Assembly: GCA_002378195.1 (NCBI GenBank)
Contig: DFRJ01000004.1
Coordinates: 25,073 to 89,072, forward strand
Length of the DNA stretch: 64,000 bases
From: Patescibacteria group bacterium UBA3466
GTDB lineage: Bacteria > Patescibacteriota > Minisyncoccia > Phycocordibacterales > UBA918
Direction: 5' to 3'
The position numbers and the translations under genes were made by a program. Shown here piece after piece: positions 28,856-38,556 of this stretch. Position 1 is the first letter of the stretch, and each line of letters starts with the position of its first letter. The notes under the pieces are model-generated. The model searched no databases and was not told where the DNA came from. It was given only the letters and a program-made list of their open reading frames with translations.

Positions 28856-30373
28856 CTAGCTATCAAACTGGCTTTTAGCGTGTGAAATGAGAGTCTCAAT
28901 ATCTGTCGTGCGATCAGTAGAGCCGAGCACAATAATAATCACTTTGCGTACCTCACCCTGAAACTCAATCTCGTGCAAAGATACTGAAGTCTGACCAGCA
29001 GCTGTCGTCTCACCCACTTTTCCGCCCACAAAACTATCCATGTCTTCTAATTCATTGAAATTAATCAAGCCATCAAACTCACCCCCGACATATACGCTAG
29101 TCAACTTTTCATTGACGGTAAGGTCAAAAATAAATTTCTTATTATCGTGAATATACTTTGCCAACTGATATAAATCTCCGATAGTAGATTCGTTGCCGTC
29201 TTGCAAACCAGCCGGATCAACAAAAGTAGTATTGAGCATGCCGATCTGGCGTGCTTTGGCATTCATCGCTGCAATAAAGTCTTCCCGGCCCATTTCACCA
29301 GCGATCGTTTCGGCTGCCTCGTTTGAAGACTCAAGCAGTAACAATTGCAACAAACTGTACATCGAAACACTACTGCGGTCTGCTAGTCTCGGGATCAAAG
29401 AGTTTACAAATGTCGGCGCTGTCACTCGCACCCTTTGATCTAGGTCAATTTCTTCCGCCGCAACCAATGCGGTCATTAGTTTGGTCACAGAAGCAATTGG
29501 CGCCACCGCATTTAAGTCGCTAGCGGCGAGCACTGAACCATTATCAATATCACCGATAAAGTAATGATTGGATCCCACCTCTGGCACTTTTGGCTCATAA
29601 ATGAACGTGTCTTTGGCAGCTACTTGTTTGTGTACGAGCACTGGTACCCCCTCCTTGACGTTGGCAAACAAACGCTCGGCCGCTGCATCAGCTAAACGTA
29701 CCCCACCGCCATTAAAATCTTCATCAACTTCCTCTCCGTTGGGATAAGTTGGTAGGCCATGAATGTAATAATTGTTTTGGAAAGTTACTCGCCAAGGCAA
29801 ATCTACCTGTGATACGGTACTAAAAATTTCTTCATCCAATTGCTCAACCTGATACAGACCAGACGACACTTCAGACCACGAACCACTGTCGGGTGTACCC
29901 AGTATTTCCGCGCTTTGTAACAACACTCCATTCTCAAAATAACGGAGCTGCGATTGCGAAAGATCCAACTCAATGAAAGTTAAACTTTCTTCAATAAATG
30001 CATCGCGGGTTTCAATAAAGAAATTATTACTAGCCAGTGCCGCTAAAGGCCCGTACTCAAGCGTAGTTGGTCGATTGGAGTATGGAGCATTAATGGTCAC
30101 AACTGGTACCGCTGGAGAACCTCCCAAAGACCACAAACCAAAAGCCGAAGTCCCCAAAATAGTAAGGGCAAATAAAGCCAGCAGAGCGGTTGTGTTTCTT
30201 TTATAACCAACCCCTCCCTTACCCCCAATGGCGGCCGGAGTGAAGTCGGTAGTGGCTGGTGGCAAAGTTCTGGTGTCTTTGATGCGGCCAGGAATTAACA
30301 AACCCTTTCTTTCGTTAGGTCTATCGTCTTCATATGAAAACAGGCGGACTGCTGAATCTGAATCATCTGACAT
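28856..30373 (-). CDS. D-alanyl-D-alanine carboxypeptidase (PBP5/6-like, S11 peptidase) with extra N-terminal membrane/linker region
   Basis: SVTK (SxxK), SSN (SxN) and KVGETT (KTG-like) motifs in order, plus an N-terminal TM. Confidence 0.7.
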   Translation of the reverse strand: MSDDSDSAVRLFSYEDDRPNERKGLLIPGRIKDTRTLPPATTDFTPAAIGGKGGVGYKRNTTALLALFALTILGTSAFGLWSLGGSPAVPVVTINAPYSNRPTTLEYGPLAALASNNFFIETRDAFIEESLTFIELDLSQSQLRYFENGVLLQSAEILGTPDSGSWSEVSSGLYQVEQLDEEIFSTVSQVDLPWRVTFQNNYYIHGLPTYPNGEEVDEDFNGGGVRLADAAAERLFANVKEGVPVLVHKQVAAKDTFIYEPKVPEVGSNHYFIGDIDNGSVLAASDLNAVAPIASVTKLMTALVAAEEIDLDQRVRVTAPTFVNSLIPRLADRSSVSMYSLLQLLLLESSNEAAETIAGEMGREDFIAAMNAKARQIGMLNTTFVDPAGLQDGNESTIGDLYQLAKYIHDNKKFIFDLTVNEKLTSVYVGGEFDGLINFNELEDMDSFVGGKVGETTAAGQTSVSLHEIEFQGEVRKVIIIVLGSTDRTTDIETLISHAKSQFDS

Positions 30374-30435
30374 GTTTATTTAATAATAACGCATCAAAAT
30401 AGCTAAAAACAGCAGAGATAACCCCACCTAAGCTA

Positions 30436-31773
30436 CTAATCAGCCGGCAACAAAGCGGCTCTAGTGTATATATTTGACGGTGCCCAAATCATCCAACTAC
30501 CTACTCCGGCGTCGTAGCTAGCTTGAATCTGTGCTCGTACATCAGCCGCATCATAGTCGCCACCATAATCAAAATCTTGAATCCACGTTCGAAACTTCTC
30601 AGGTCCATACGATGGTTTTGAGTAAAGTCCGGTAAAAGTCTCTGTGCCGCTGGCGTTCGTGGTGTAAATTGGTTCATGCAAAAAACCTTCAAGTGGTGTG
30701 GTGCTAGAAGTCATCCTATCAGCTCCGGTCTTCATAGCGTGGTAGACCACTTTGTAGGGATATTCATTTGGATTACCCAAGCCCAAGAAGCTGTTCGGGT
30801 AGTGTGATGGATAAACCATCGGAGCGATAAAATCAAAATGTGGCGCTGCCCGATCTTGGATCTGACCGATCGACAAATCGTCATAGTTAGTAGTGGTCAT
30901 ACCAAACAGGTCAGCGGAAGTGTAAGGGACTGACAACTCCCGACCAGTATTTTCGTGCTTTACTTCAGCAAAATTCTCTTCGTCTGTCATGGCCGAGTGC
31001 AGGTAAGTAAAAAATGCTTCTAGGTTGGCCGGCTTATCTAAACCATGTTCACTCAAGGCACTTTGTGGGAAATAAGTATCCAACATATTTCCGTCTGATG
31101 GATACCGAACATAATCAAAGTTGATCTCATCAAAACCTAGATTGTATGACTCAACCGCCAATTCAATGACATGATCCCAATACTCCTTACTCGCCACATC
31201 CACAAAAGACAGACCTTTGTAATCAGTCCAAACCGTCTCCTGATCTGATCGCAAGACGGCTTGATCAGGATTTTTGGGTGCATAAAACGGATCCTGAAAG
31301 ACTGTTATCCGTCCAATTACAAAAATATTATCGGCGTGTAAGCTGGCAATAAATTCCTTCATATCACGCGCACCACACTCGGCCGCCTGCCAAGCCGGCT
31401 TCCAGTCTGCACTCTCTGGCGAGAAAGCAATCGTACCGGAGTAATCTTTAATATCTATCATGACCGCGTTTACCTCTGTTTCGTTTATTAATGTACGAAG
31501 TCGCTCTCGAAAGCTTGGAGTTCCTGCTACACACGATGACATATAAATAGATTTGACTGCTTCGGGCAAAGGCACATGTGACACTACTTCGCGATCATCG
31601 ACCACAATCTCCTTCTCTTCACTTATCACAGTCGGCTTTTCTTCCACTATAGTTTGGGCTACAGGCGGTTTTTCTGGAGCTTCGGTACTTACATCAAAAA
31701 ATGGCAATGGTACGAGACACACAACAGCAAAAACAATCGCTGTTCCGACCAGTGGTGTACCGACTTTATGCAT
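30436..31773 (-). CDS. Putative glycoside-hydrolase-like protein (GHL10/DUF187-type TIM barrel), membrane-anchored
   Basis: N-terminal TM. EINFDYVRYPS resembles the DY[IV]RYP hallmark of GHL10 (YngK-like) proteins. Confidence 0.45.
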   Translation of the reverse strand: MHKVGTPLVGTAIVFAVVCLVPLPFFDVSTEAPEKPPVAQTIVEEKPTVISEEKEIVVDDREVVSHVPLPEAVKSIYMSSCVAGTPSFRERLRTLINETEVNAVMIDIKDYSGTIAFSPESADWKPAWQAAECGARDMKEFIASLHADNIFVIGRITVFQDPFYAPKNPDQAVLRSDQETVWTDYKGLSFVDVASKEYWDHVIELAVESYNLGFDEINFDYVRYPSDGNMLDTYFPQSALSEHGLDKPANLEAFFTYLHSAMTDEENFAEVKHENTGRELSVPYTSADLFGMTTTNYDDLSIGQIQDRAAPHFDFIAPMVYPSHYPNSFLGLGNPNEYPYKVVYHAMKTGADRMTSSTTPLEGFLHEPIYTTNASGTETFTGLYSKPSYGPEKFRTWIQDFDYGGDYDAADVRAQIQASYDAGVGSWMIWAPSNIYTRAALLPAD

Positions 31774-31777
31774 TCAT

Positions 31778-32020
31778 TTATTTTAGCGCACCTTCGTCAA
31801 AAAGCACTTCGGTAGTTTCGACAAACATGTCGTTACCTCTCTCCCCCTTACCGTTATCAATCCGCTTTAGATAGAGATCGCGTCTTAGAATGTAGCCAAT
31901 TAAAATTAATATAACCCCGATAGCAAGCGTGGCATATCTAACCCAATCTTCAGGCACTCCAAGAAATGGGATAATTGTGAGTAATATTCCAGCAATAAAG
32001 ACAAGGGTTTCTTTGGACAC
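31778..32020 (-). CDS. Small membrane protein (2 TM), unknown function
   Basis: 80 aa with two hydrophobic helices, spaced 4 nt from the upstream gene in the same operon-like array. Confidence 0.3.
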   Translation of the reverse strand: MSKETLVFIAGILLTIIPFLGVPEDWVRYATLAIGVILILIGYILRRDLYLKRIDNGKGERGNDMFVETTEVLFDEGALK

Positions 32021-32055
32021 GGTAATTCAGTATTTAATGGCTAATTTGAAACATT

Positions 32056-32730
32056 TTAACCCGCCTCAACTATTACGACAAATTCACCTTTTTGACGGAC
32101 TGGTTCGGCTTCAAGCAGCTCAGTGATTTCTGCTGGAGTACCAATTAACATTTCTTCGTGCAGCTTGGTGAGTTCACGACCAATATAGACAGTAACGTCT
32201 GGGTACATTTCATTGAGATTAGAAAGTGCTTTCATGATGCGGTGAGTCGATTCGAAAAAAACTGCCGGTTGAGCATGTTCGGCCAGACTTTTGAAGAAAG
32301 TTTCTCTGCCTTTTTTCTGGGGCACAAAACCGAGGAAGGTAAATTGATTACCAGGGATACCAGCCAAGGATACTGCGGCTGTGACAGCTGACGGACCGGG
32401 AATAGTCTCTATCTGAACACCCACTTCGCGGGCGCCCTTAATAAGCAGTACCCCAGGGTCACTTACCCCAGGTGTACCAGCATCTGATACTAATGCGTAA
32501 TGCGTCCCGTCTTGTAACTCGGAGAGAATCTGTTCATGAACTGACTGACTAGCATGAGCGTCGTAGCGCTTCAGAGGTTTTTTAATTTCGTAGTGAGCCA
32601 ACAACCTACCGGTCACCCTGGTATCTTCACACAACACAACCTCACACTCTTTTAGTGTACGAAGTGCTCGCAGGGTAATATCCTCTAAGTTCCCGATTGG
32701 AGTCGCGACGATTGATAATTTGCCTGACAT
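32056..32730 (-). CDS. rsmI: 16S rRNA (cytidine1402-2'-O)-methyltransferase RsmI
   Basis: N-terminal LSIVATPIGNLEDITLRALRTLKECEVVLCEDTRVTGRLL, the tetrapyrrole-methylase fold RsmI signature. Length 224 aa. Confidence 0.85.
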   Translation of the reverse strand: MSGKLSIVATPIGNLEDITLRALRTLKECEVVLCEDTRVTGRLLAHYEIKKPLKRYDAHASQSVHEQILSELQDGTHYALVSDAGTPGVSDPGVLLIKGAREVGVQIETIPGPSAVTAAVSLAGIPGNQFTFLGFVPQKKGRETFFKSLAEHAQPAVFFESTHRIMKALSNLNEMYPDVTVYIGRELTKLHEEMLIGTPAEITELLEAEPVRQKGEFVVIVEAG

Positions 32731-32764
32731 AATGCTTGAACCATAGCACTAACAAATCAAATAT

Positions 32765-32798
32765 AAAAGCGGCGGAGGCTTTCGCCTCCGCCGCTTTT
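32765..32798. terminator. Rho-independent terminator after metK (usable in both directions)
   Basis: aaaagcggcggaggc-tttc-gcctccgccgctttt perfect hairpin with A/T tracts on both sides. Confidence 0.6.
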
Positions 32799-32813
32799 AT
32801 ATTCCACCAAACT

Positions 32814-33761
32814 CTATTTCCAGTTAAATCCGCGTCCAAAGTGACCCCAAGCAGCCGTGTCTTTGTAGATTGGCTGATCTAACTGCAAAAAACTCTTAAT
32901 GCCCTGCGGAGTAAGATCGTAGCCCGTCACTTCTTCTGGCAAACCGTCGACCGTTGCCACCGCCATCAGTGCCTCTGGGTGACCAATCGCATAGGCTAGT
33001 TTCACCAATACTGTCTGCGCTGCGGGATTCTTTTCTAAGTAATCTACCGCAATCCTTCTTGCCATATAGGCAGCACTTCTATCCACCTTACTCGGATCCT
33101 TCCCTGAAAATGCTCCCCCTCCGACTGCAATTTCTGGCCCGTAGTTGTCGACAATAATCTTTCGACCAGTCAGTCCGGCATCAGCATCAAACCCACCTTG
33201 AGTCCAATCTCCGGCTGGGTTTATATGATATTCCTTAGCACCCGGGATCACCGATTCTACTAAAGGCTTTAACTCACTGGTTGGTGCATTTTGAAAACTG
33301 CACACTACGGACTGTACTTCCCCATCTTGATTGAGCGTCACTTGAGTCTTTCCATCATACGGGTACTTCTCATACACCTTCTGGCAAAGTCCGCGAGCCA
33401 GTTCATATTCTTTTGGCATGTATGTGTCAGTTTCTCTTGTAGCATAGCCAGTCATAATTCCTTGATCTCCCGCTCCGCCGGTGTCGACCCCCTGAGCGAT
33501 CTCCGGACTCTGCTCTACCACATGCACCGACAAGTCATATTTGCCTCCCACGATCTCTTCCACAATCGCACAGATATCAACCCCTTTGGCTTTTGAGGTA
33601 ACTTCTCCAGTGACAAAAATTTTTCCATGCGAGCCCACCGCCTCTACTGCCACTCGGCTATTTGGGTCTTGTTCTAGATAAGCATCTAGGACTGCATCTG
33701 ATATTCGGTCACATACTTTGTCTGGATGTCCAGGTGATACACATTCGGCTGTTCTTAACAT
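32814..33761 (-). CDS. metK: S-adenosylmethionine synthetase (compact 315-aa form)
   Basis: SPGHPDKVCDRISDAVLDA, GAGDQGIMTGYA, DAGLTGRKIIVDNYG and GGGAFSGKDPSKVDRSAAY are canonical bacterial MetK motifs. It is about 70 aa shorter than E. coli MetK. Confidence 0.85.
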   Translation of the reverse strand: MLRTAECVSPGHPDKVCDRISDAVLDAYLEQDPNSRVAVEAVGSHGKIFVTGEVTSKAKGVDICAIVEEIVGGKYDLSVHVVEQSPEIAQGVDTGGAGDQGIMTGYATRETDTYMPKEYELARGLCQKVYEKYPYDGKTQVTLNQDGEVQSVVCSFQNAPTSELKPLVESVIPGAKEYHINPAGDWTQGGFDADAGLTGRKIIVDNYGPEIAVGGGAFSGKDPSKVDRSAAYMARRIAVDYLEKNPAAQTVLVKLAYAIGHPEALMAVATVDGLPEEVTGYDLTPQGIKSFLQLDQPIYKDTAAWGHFGRGFNWK

Positions 33762-33960
33762 AATGTTTTCTGTTTATGATTAAAGCACAAAATGCACCCA
33801 TAAGGTGCACCAGAGGAGTTACGCATCTACCCTTGCTCATGAATTAATTACTGAATTAATTCATGAGCAAGGTTGAAGGTCGCACCGTTCTCGATTGAGT
33901 GGTTGCGGATGGGGTCTTGAGCGGGAAAATTTTCTGTCGAAAATTTTCCCGCTCATCAGG
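33762..33960 (-). promoter_or_regulatory. Highly structured metK 5' leader (candidate attenuator/riboregulator)
   Basis: On the metK strand: a perfect 16-bp hairpin (GAGCGGGAAAAUUUUC/GAAAAUUUUCCCGCUC), a perfect 19-bp hairpin (CCUUGCUCAUGAAUUAAUU/AAUUAAUUCAUGAGCAAGG), then a UGCACC/GGUGCA hairpin plus U-tract about 25 nt before the ATG. Confidence 0.35.
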
Positions 33961-34118
33961 TCAATTCCCTAACCCATACTCTGGATACTGGTATTTATTT
34001 GTGTCTATATATTATACCCCGCGGAAAGAGAAAAAGTTATAGTATTGATTTAAAGTCTTTTTAGTGTTGTAATAGAGATAATCAAGTTCCCTTTCTAGTT
34101 ATTTATAAGGAGATCCGA

Positions 34119-34688
34119 ATGGACTCACTGATGATCTTTCTGTCATCTTTTGCTCTCGTCTTTGTTGGCGAGCTAGGAGATAAAACTCAGATCGCTTCAG
34201 GCACTGGCGCTCTTGCTAACCGCCGCCGAGCTACGATTATATTTTGGAGTTCAATAGCCGCCTTAGTTACAGTAGCCGGCAGCACTGTCTTTTTAGCGGG
34301 ATTAATACCCGAAGGTTTTGTTCCAACTATCTCGGTGATTGGCGGAATACTGCTCATTATCTATGCAATCTATCTTTTTATCGATGCTCATCAAGAAAAA
34401 GATGAGAGCGAAGAAGAAAGTGGTACGAACTGGGCTCTTTTTATCTCTCACTTCACTATTGTATTTATTGCTGAATTAGGAGATAAAACTCAAATTGCCA
34501 CCTTAGCAATTTCGGTAGAAAATCAAACAAACCTATGGTTGGTATTCTACGCCTCGTCATCTGCTCTAATTGCAGTGACAGCCATCACCGTTTGGGGAGC
34601 ATCCAAAATACCAGCCAGTAAGATACCTTTGATTCAAAAATTGGGCGCCCTTTCAATGGCATCTTACGGTGTCTACATGGTACTTTAA
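34119..34688 (+). CDS. UPF0016 (GDT1/TMEM165/MneA) family cation transporter
   Basis: Two E-x-G-D-K-T repeats (GELGDKTQ and AELGDKTQ) in a 6-TM protein. AAGGAGA Shine-Dalgarno 6 nt upstream. Confidence 0.8.
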   Translation: MDSLMIFLSSFALVFVGELGDKTQIASGTGALANRRRATIIFWSSIAALVTVAGSTVFLAGLIPEGFVPTISVIGGILLIIYAIYLFIDAHQEKDESEEESGTNWALFISHFTIVFIAELGDKTQIATLAISVENQTNLWLVFYASSSALIAVTAITVWGASKIPASKIPLIQKLGALSMASYGVYMVL

Positions 34689-34695
34689 AACAAAT

Positions 34696-34731
34696 GGGCG
34701 GTGTACTCGGTACACCGCCCACTTTCTTTTT
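34696..34731. terminator. Bidirectional terminator between GDT1-like gene and murC
   Basis: gggcggtgtac-tcg-gtacaccgccc hairpin followed by a T-tract. Confidence 0.55.
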
Positions 34732-34737
34732 ATATTT

Positions 34738-36075
34738 CTATTTAACCAAATCTCCAGCCAGCTTCGTAACATCCCCCGCTCCCATGACCACCACCACATC
34801 GTTTTGGTCGATGTTAGCTCGTAGGGTTTTTTCAGCCTCCTCAAAAGACTCTGCGAAGCTGGAGTTTTTATTAAACTCAATCGCCTTAACCGACAACTCC
34901 CTACTCGACACACCCGTTTCGTTTACCTCACGCGCAGAGTAGATTGGTAAGAAAATCACCTCATCCGCATGACCAACCGCTCGCGCAAAATCATCAAACA
35001 ACTCCGCGGTGCGTGTGTAGGTGTGCGGCTGAAATACGATCGTCAATCGTTTATCCGGATACAACTCGCGGACTCCGCTAATACTGGCCACAATTTCGGT
35101 CGGGTGATGAGCGTAGTCATCATAAACTGGCGCTTCATTAAGTTCACCCTTATATTCAAACCGACGCCAAGTACCAGCAAAGTTTTGCAGGGCCAACTTA
35201 GCCTCATCGATATCTAATTTTTCATTTTTTGCCACCGCCAGCGCTGCCGCGGCGTTAAGTCTATTGTGAACCCCTGGTTGCTTTAGATTTAAGGCTGGAT
35301 CAAAAAAATCCATATAGTTAACCACCGGCACATGAAGATCCTGTAGCACGGGCGCCAAGTTTTCATCGCCGGTATCAGCGATCACTAACCCTTTCTCATC
35401 TACCTGCAAAGCCAGTTGTCGGAAAGACTGTTGCACAGCCGCTAAGTCTTTATAGAAATCTACGTGTTCATGTTCGAGGTTGGTAATTACCAAAACATCA
35501 GGTTTCAGGTGCAAAAAGTCTCCCTTATACTCACACGCTTCGACAATAGCGTACTTGCTCTTACCAGCGCGGTAGTTACTCTTGGTCTTTGCTCGCAATG
35601 AACCAATCACGGCCGTTGGATCTTTTTCCGCCTGCTCAAAAATATCAGCCAGCATGGCGGTAGTGGTAGTTTTTCCATGTGTACCCGCCACGGCAATTTC
35701 GTAGTAGGGATTCATTGCGAGGCCAAGCGCCGAAAAATAATTCATGGTTGGTATCTTAGATTGTCTCGCCATTTCCAGCTCTGCCCAACCAGCACTAGTC
35801 GGAGTTACCGCTTCCGTGTAGACCACCAGATCTAATTCCTTAGTGATGTTTTGTTCCGAATGTTCAGCAAATACTTGCACTCCTTCCTCTGAGAGAGACT
35901 TGGTAAGATCAGATAAAACATCGCTGGAACCACTCACCAGCTTTTTTTCAGACAGAAAATGCCGCGCCAGTGCGGACATACCAATACCGCCAACACCGAT
36001 GAAATGCACTCTGGAAACCTTATTTAGATCAAGATTTGACATATCGCTAGCGTAGCATATTATCATCTCGGACAC
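34738..36075 (-). CDS. murC: UDP-N-acetylmuramate--L-alanine ligase
   Basis: HFIGVGGIGMSALARHF, GTHGKTTTTAM and Mur-ligase middle/C-terminal domains. Confidence 0.85.
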   Translation of the reverse strand: MSEMIICYASDMSNLDLNKVSRVHFIGVGGIGMSALARHFLSEKKLVSGSSDVLSDLTKSLSEEGVQVFAEHSEQNITKELDLVVYTEAVTPTSAGWAELEMARQSKIPTMNYFSALGLAMNPYYEIAVAGTHGKTTTTAMLADIFEQAEKDPTAVIGSLRAKTKSNYRAGKSKYAIVEACEYKGDFLHLKPDVLVITNLEHEHVDFYKDLAAVQQSFRQLALQVDEKGLVIADTGDENLAPVLQDLHVPVVNYMDFFDPALNLKQPGVHNRLNAAAALAVAKNEKLDIDEAKLALQNFAGTWRRFEYKGELNEAPVYDDYAHHPTEIVASISGVRELYPDKRLTIVFQPHTYTRTAELFDDFARAVGHADEVIFLPIYSAREVNETGVSSRELSVKAIEFNKNSSFAESFEEAEKTLRANIDQNDVVVVMGAGDVTKLAGDLVK

Positions 36076-36107
36076 TCTTTACATCAATCCTTTGGAGAGC
36101 TACAACC

Positions 36108-36851
36108 ATGGCAATTGCCCAATCGAAAATCCATCACAACAGTGACTACACTGTCGCCCTCTTTGGACCCGATCATTCACCCCAGGAAATCCGTACTGAA
36201 GCTATCAGTCTTGGCGCGGACCCCGAACAAATCTGTTTTGTAAAATCAGCCAGCGACAAAAATAGTCCTGGTTTCATGGAAATACATCCGCCGGTATTTG
36301 GCCCAACCAATACGGTCGATCACATCAAAGCTGATGCGACCTATATCGGACCCGGACAAGCAGCAGTTTTTCGTACCGCTGGTTGTTTGGTCGGTGTTGA
36401 ATTTGAACGCAGGTCTCACCAAGCTGTAGTTTGGCACGGTGGTCGCGCCGCCATGACCCCACAAAGAAACGGCCCAGTATACTTCAACATACTCAATCTC
36501 TGTCACGAAAAATTGGTACTAGGGATAGCTGAACCGGAGCTGGAAATGTATCTTACTGGCTGTATTGGTGCCGATAACTTCAAGCACGATCACCCGGAAG
36601 CGCGCGGACTAATCTCTCCCTTTGCATCAAACTTTCCGATTGAAGTTGCTTTCAATAGCTACAAGCTGGGCACTCTTGACCTCAAGCGCATCGCGCGCTT
36701 TCAGGCTATCGAACAGATCGGTATACCGGAGCGAAACATCAAGGATGATGGACTTTGCACCGCAAGCACCAGTTGGTTGGCTGACTTTCGCACCGCTACT
36801 ACCAAGGAAGGAAAATTAGCTCGTAACTACATTGTTGTAATTGTTCATTGA
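36108..36851 (+). CDS. PgeF/YfiH (DUF152) family protein (peptidoglycan editing factor / laccase-domain)
   Basis: ADATYI..PGQAAVFRTAGCLVGV..SHQAVVWHGGRAA parallels the PgeF blocks ADA..T..TADC.PV..HAGWRG. C-terminal CTAST. GGAGAG Shine-Dalgarno upstream. Confidence 0.45.
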   Translation: MAIAQSKIHHNSDYTVALFGPDHSPQEIRTEAISLGADPEQICFVKSASDKNSPGFMEIHPPVFGPTNTVDHIKADATYIGPGQAAVFRTAGCLVGVEFERRSHQAVVWHGGRAAMTPQRNGPVYFNILNLCHEKLVLGIAEPELEMYLTGCIGADNFKHDHPEARGLISPFASNFPIEVAFNSYKLGTLDLKRIARFQAIEQIGIPERNIKDDGLCTASTSWLADFRTATTKEGKLARNYIVVIVH

Positions 36852-36868
36852 GAGGATGTTCCTTACTC

Positions 36869-36901
36869 AAAAGGGCGCGGTCTTTAGACCGCGCCCTTTT
36901 T
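36869..36901. terminator. Bidirectional terminator between the PgeF-like gene and murD
   Basis: agggcgcggtc-ttta-gaccgcgccct hairpin plus ttttt. Confidence 0.6.
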
Positions 36902-38263
36902 CTATTCCCCTATCAATTGCTGAGCCAACCTTACAAACTGATCGTTGCGGTCGTATTCATTTTTATACTCTTTACCAAATGATGAAAAACCGGGGCTAAA
37001 CAAAATCACGTTGCCCGGAGCGGCGGTCGCAAAGGCAGCAGTCACACATTCGGCTAATGTGGCATGTTCTTCATTAGTCACACTCTCTGGCAAGGCGGCC
37101 TTGAGAGCTTCAGTTCCGGTGCCACTATAGAGCACTACGTGAGAACAACGCTGCGCGATCGTGTCTGGCAACGCTCCTAGCTCAATCTGCTTATCGGTAC
37201 CACCAACGATCAACACCACATCATTTTCTCCTCCGACCGCTTCCAGTCCCGCGACGGTTGCTTGCGGTGTCGTGGCGTTATTATCGTTGTACACCGCAAC
37301 TGTTTCTTTGGCACCAAGGTATTGCAAACGTCCCTCTACCCCACCAAAACTCGCTAGAGCGGGCCAGATTTCTTCATCAGTCAGACTTATCGCCTTGAGC
37401 GCCTCATATGCGAGTGCAGCGTTCAAGCGATTGTGCTCACCCGGCATCGCCAACAGCGAATCATCAGGAATGACTGAAGCGTCAGCCAATCGCACCTCCT
37501 GCCCCAAACTCACCCCCGACAATTGCTTTGCTCTATCAAATACTGCTGGAGTTGTGATCAGCACACCACTTTCTTCCTGGTGCGCAAAAATATTTGCCTT
37601 ATCGGCAAAGTACTGCTGCATAGCCTCTTCCTTCGTTTTACCGCCAGACTGGTAGTAATTCAAATGGTCTTCCATAAAGTTAGTAAAGACGGCGATCTGT
37701 GGTGAAATCTGTGACCAGCCAAAGCCTTGCAACTGCCACGAGTCGAGCTCCATGACACAGAGTGAATCCTCTTTCACTTCTTTTAGTAGCTGTAGGTTTG
37801 AAACCCCTCGAATATTGCCGCCAAGTAAAATCTTCTCACCAGTCACCTGCGCAAGCGTATGATGAATCATATGAGTCACCGTACTCTTACCCCGTGTTCC
37901 GGTGACACCAATAATTGGTATCTTGGCTAATTCTGCAAACCAGGCAGCCGACTGTTTTACCGACACTCCAGCCTCCCGGGCCGCTTGAATTTCCGGAGAA
38001 TCAATCGGGGCGCCAGCTCCTACCAACAGATAGTCACAATCTGTAAAGTGTTCGGTTTGATATGGCCCGAAGGTGAATTTCACATTATTGTAGTCAGCCA
38101 ACGCATCAACGGCTGGCTGCATGGCCTCCTTTGCAGCATCATCAACTACATGCACTTCGGCGCCAGCTTCGGCCAGATAAGCTGTATCGCCAATCCCGCG
38201 ACCCAAGAGACCAATCCGCATTACTGTCACCTTCTTATTTTTAAAATAGTCTTTAAATTCCAT
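36902..38263 (-). CDS. murD: UDP-N-acetylmuramoylalanine--D-glutamate ligase
   Basis: N-terminal Rossmann-like LLGRGIGDTAYLAEAGAEVHVVD, GVTGTRGKSTVTHMI P-loop, Mur ligase C-terminal domain. Confidence 0.85.
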   Translation of the reverse strand: MEFKDYFKNKKVTVMRIGLLGRGIGDTAYLAEAGAEVHVVDDAAKEAMQPAVDALADYNNVKFTFGPYQTEHFTDCDYLLVGAGAPIDSPEIQAAREAGVSVKQSAAWFAELAKIPIIGVTGTRGKSTVTHMIHHTLAQVTGEKILLGGNIRGVSNLQLLKEVKEDSLCVMELDSWQLQGFGWSQISPQIAVFTNFMEDHLNYYQSGGKTKEEAMQQYFADKANIFAHQEESGVLITTPAVFDRAKQLSGVSLGQEVRLADASVIPDDSLLAMPGEHNRLNAALAYEALKAISLTDEEIWPALASFGGVEGRLQYLGAKETVAVYNDNNATTPQATVAGLEAVGGENDVVLIVGGTDKQIELGALPDTIAQRCSHVVLYSGTGTEALKAALPESVTNEEHATLAECVTAAFATAAPGNVILFSPGFSSFGKEYKNEYDRNDQFVRLAQQLIGE

Positions 38264-38298
38264 AGCGTCATCATAGAAAAAAACCTCTCAAAAAGCTA

Positions 38299-38553
38299 GT
38301 GTTTAGAAACGCATTTTTATTATCCTGGCTGCGGTATACTTTAAGCATGAAACATCAAGGTCAAAAACGATCATTAGAATCGTACAAAATATTTCCCTAT
38401 GTAGCTTGGACTACATCAATTTTATTCGCTTTTTTTGTGTACAACATAGCTATGGAACTGCAAACTGTTGCTGATCAACTGCAAGCCCAGGCGGAGAGCC
38501 TAGAAACTAAAGCCAATATGGCACCAGAGGCAATTGTAGATTTCGAATCATAA
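38299..38553 (+). CDS. Small hypothetical membrane protein
   Basis: One TM helix (AWTTSILFAFFVYNIAM) then a coiled-coil-like tail. The stop is 3 nt before the DedA-like start. Start codon uncertain. Confidence 0.25.
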   Translation: MFRNAFLLSWLRYTLSMKHQGQKRSLESYKIFPYVAWTTSILFAFFVYNIAMELQTVADQLQAQAESLETKANMAPEAIVDFES

Positions 38554-38556
38554 GCC

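Noticed and set aside
33762-33960. SAM-I/S-box riboswitch upstream of metK
   Set aside because: I could not find the conserved SAM-I core (AUCAAGAG..GGAGGGA..UGGCCC..AUGAA..GCAACC), only a coincidental GCAACC. The hairpins are perfect palindromes unlike aptamer helices. I kept it as an unknown structured leader instead.
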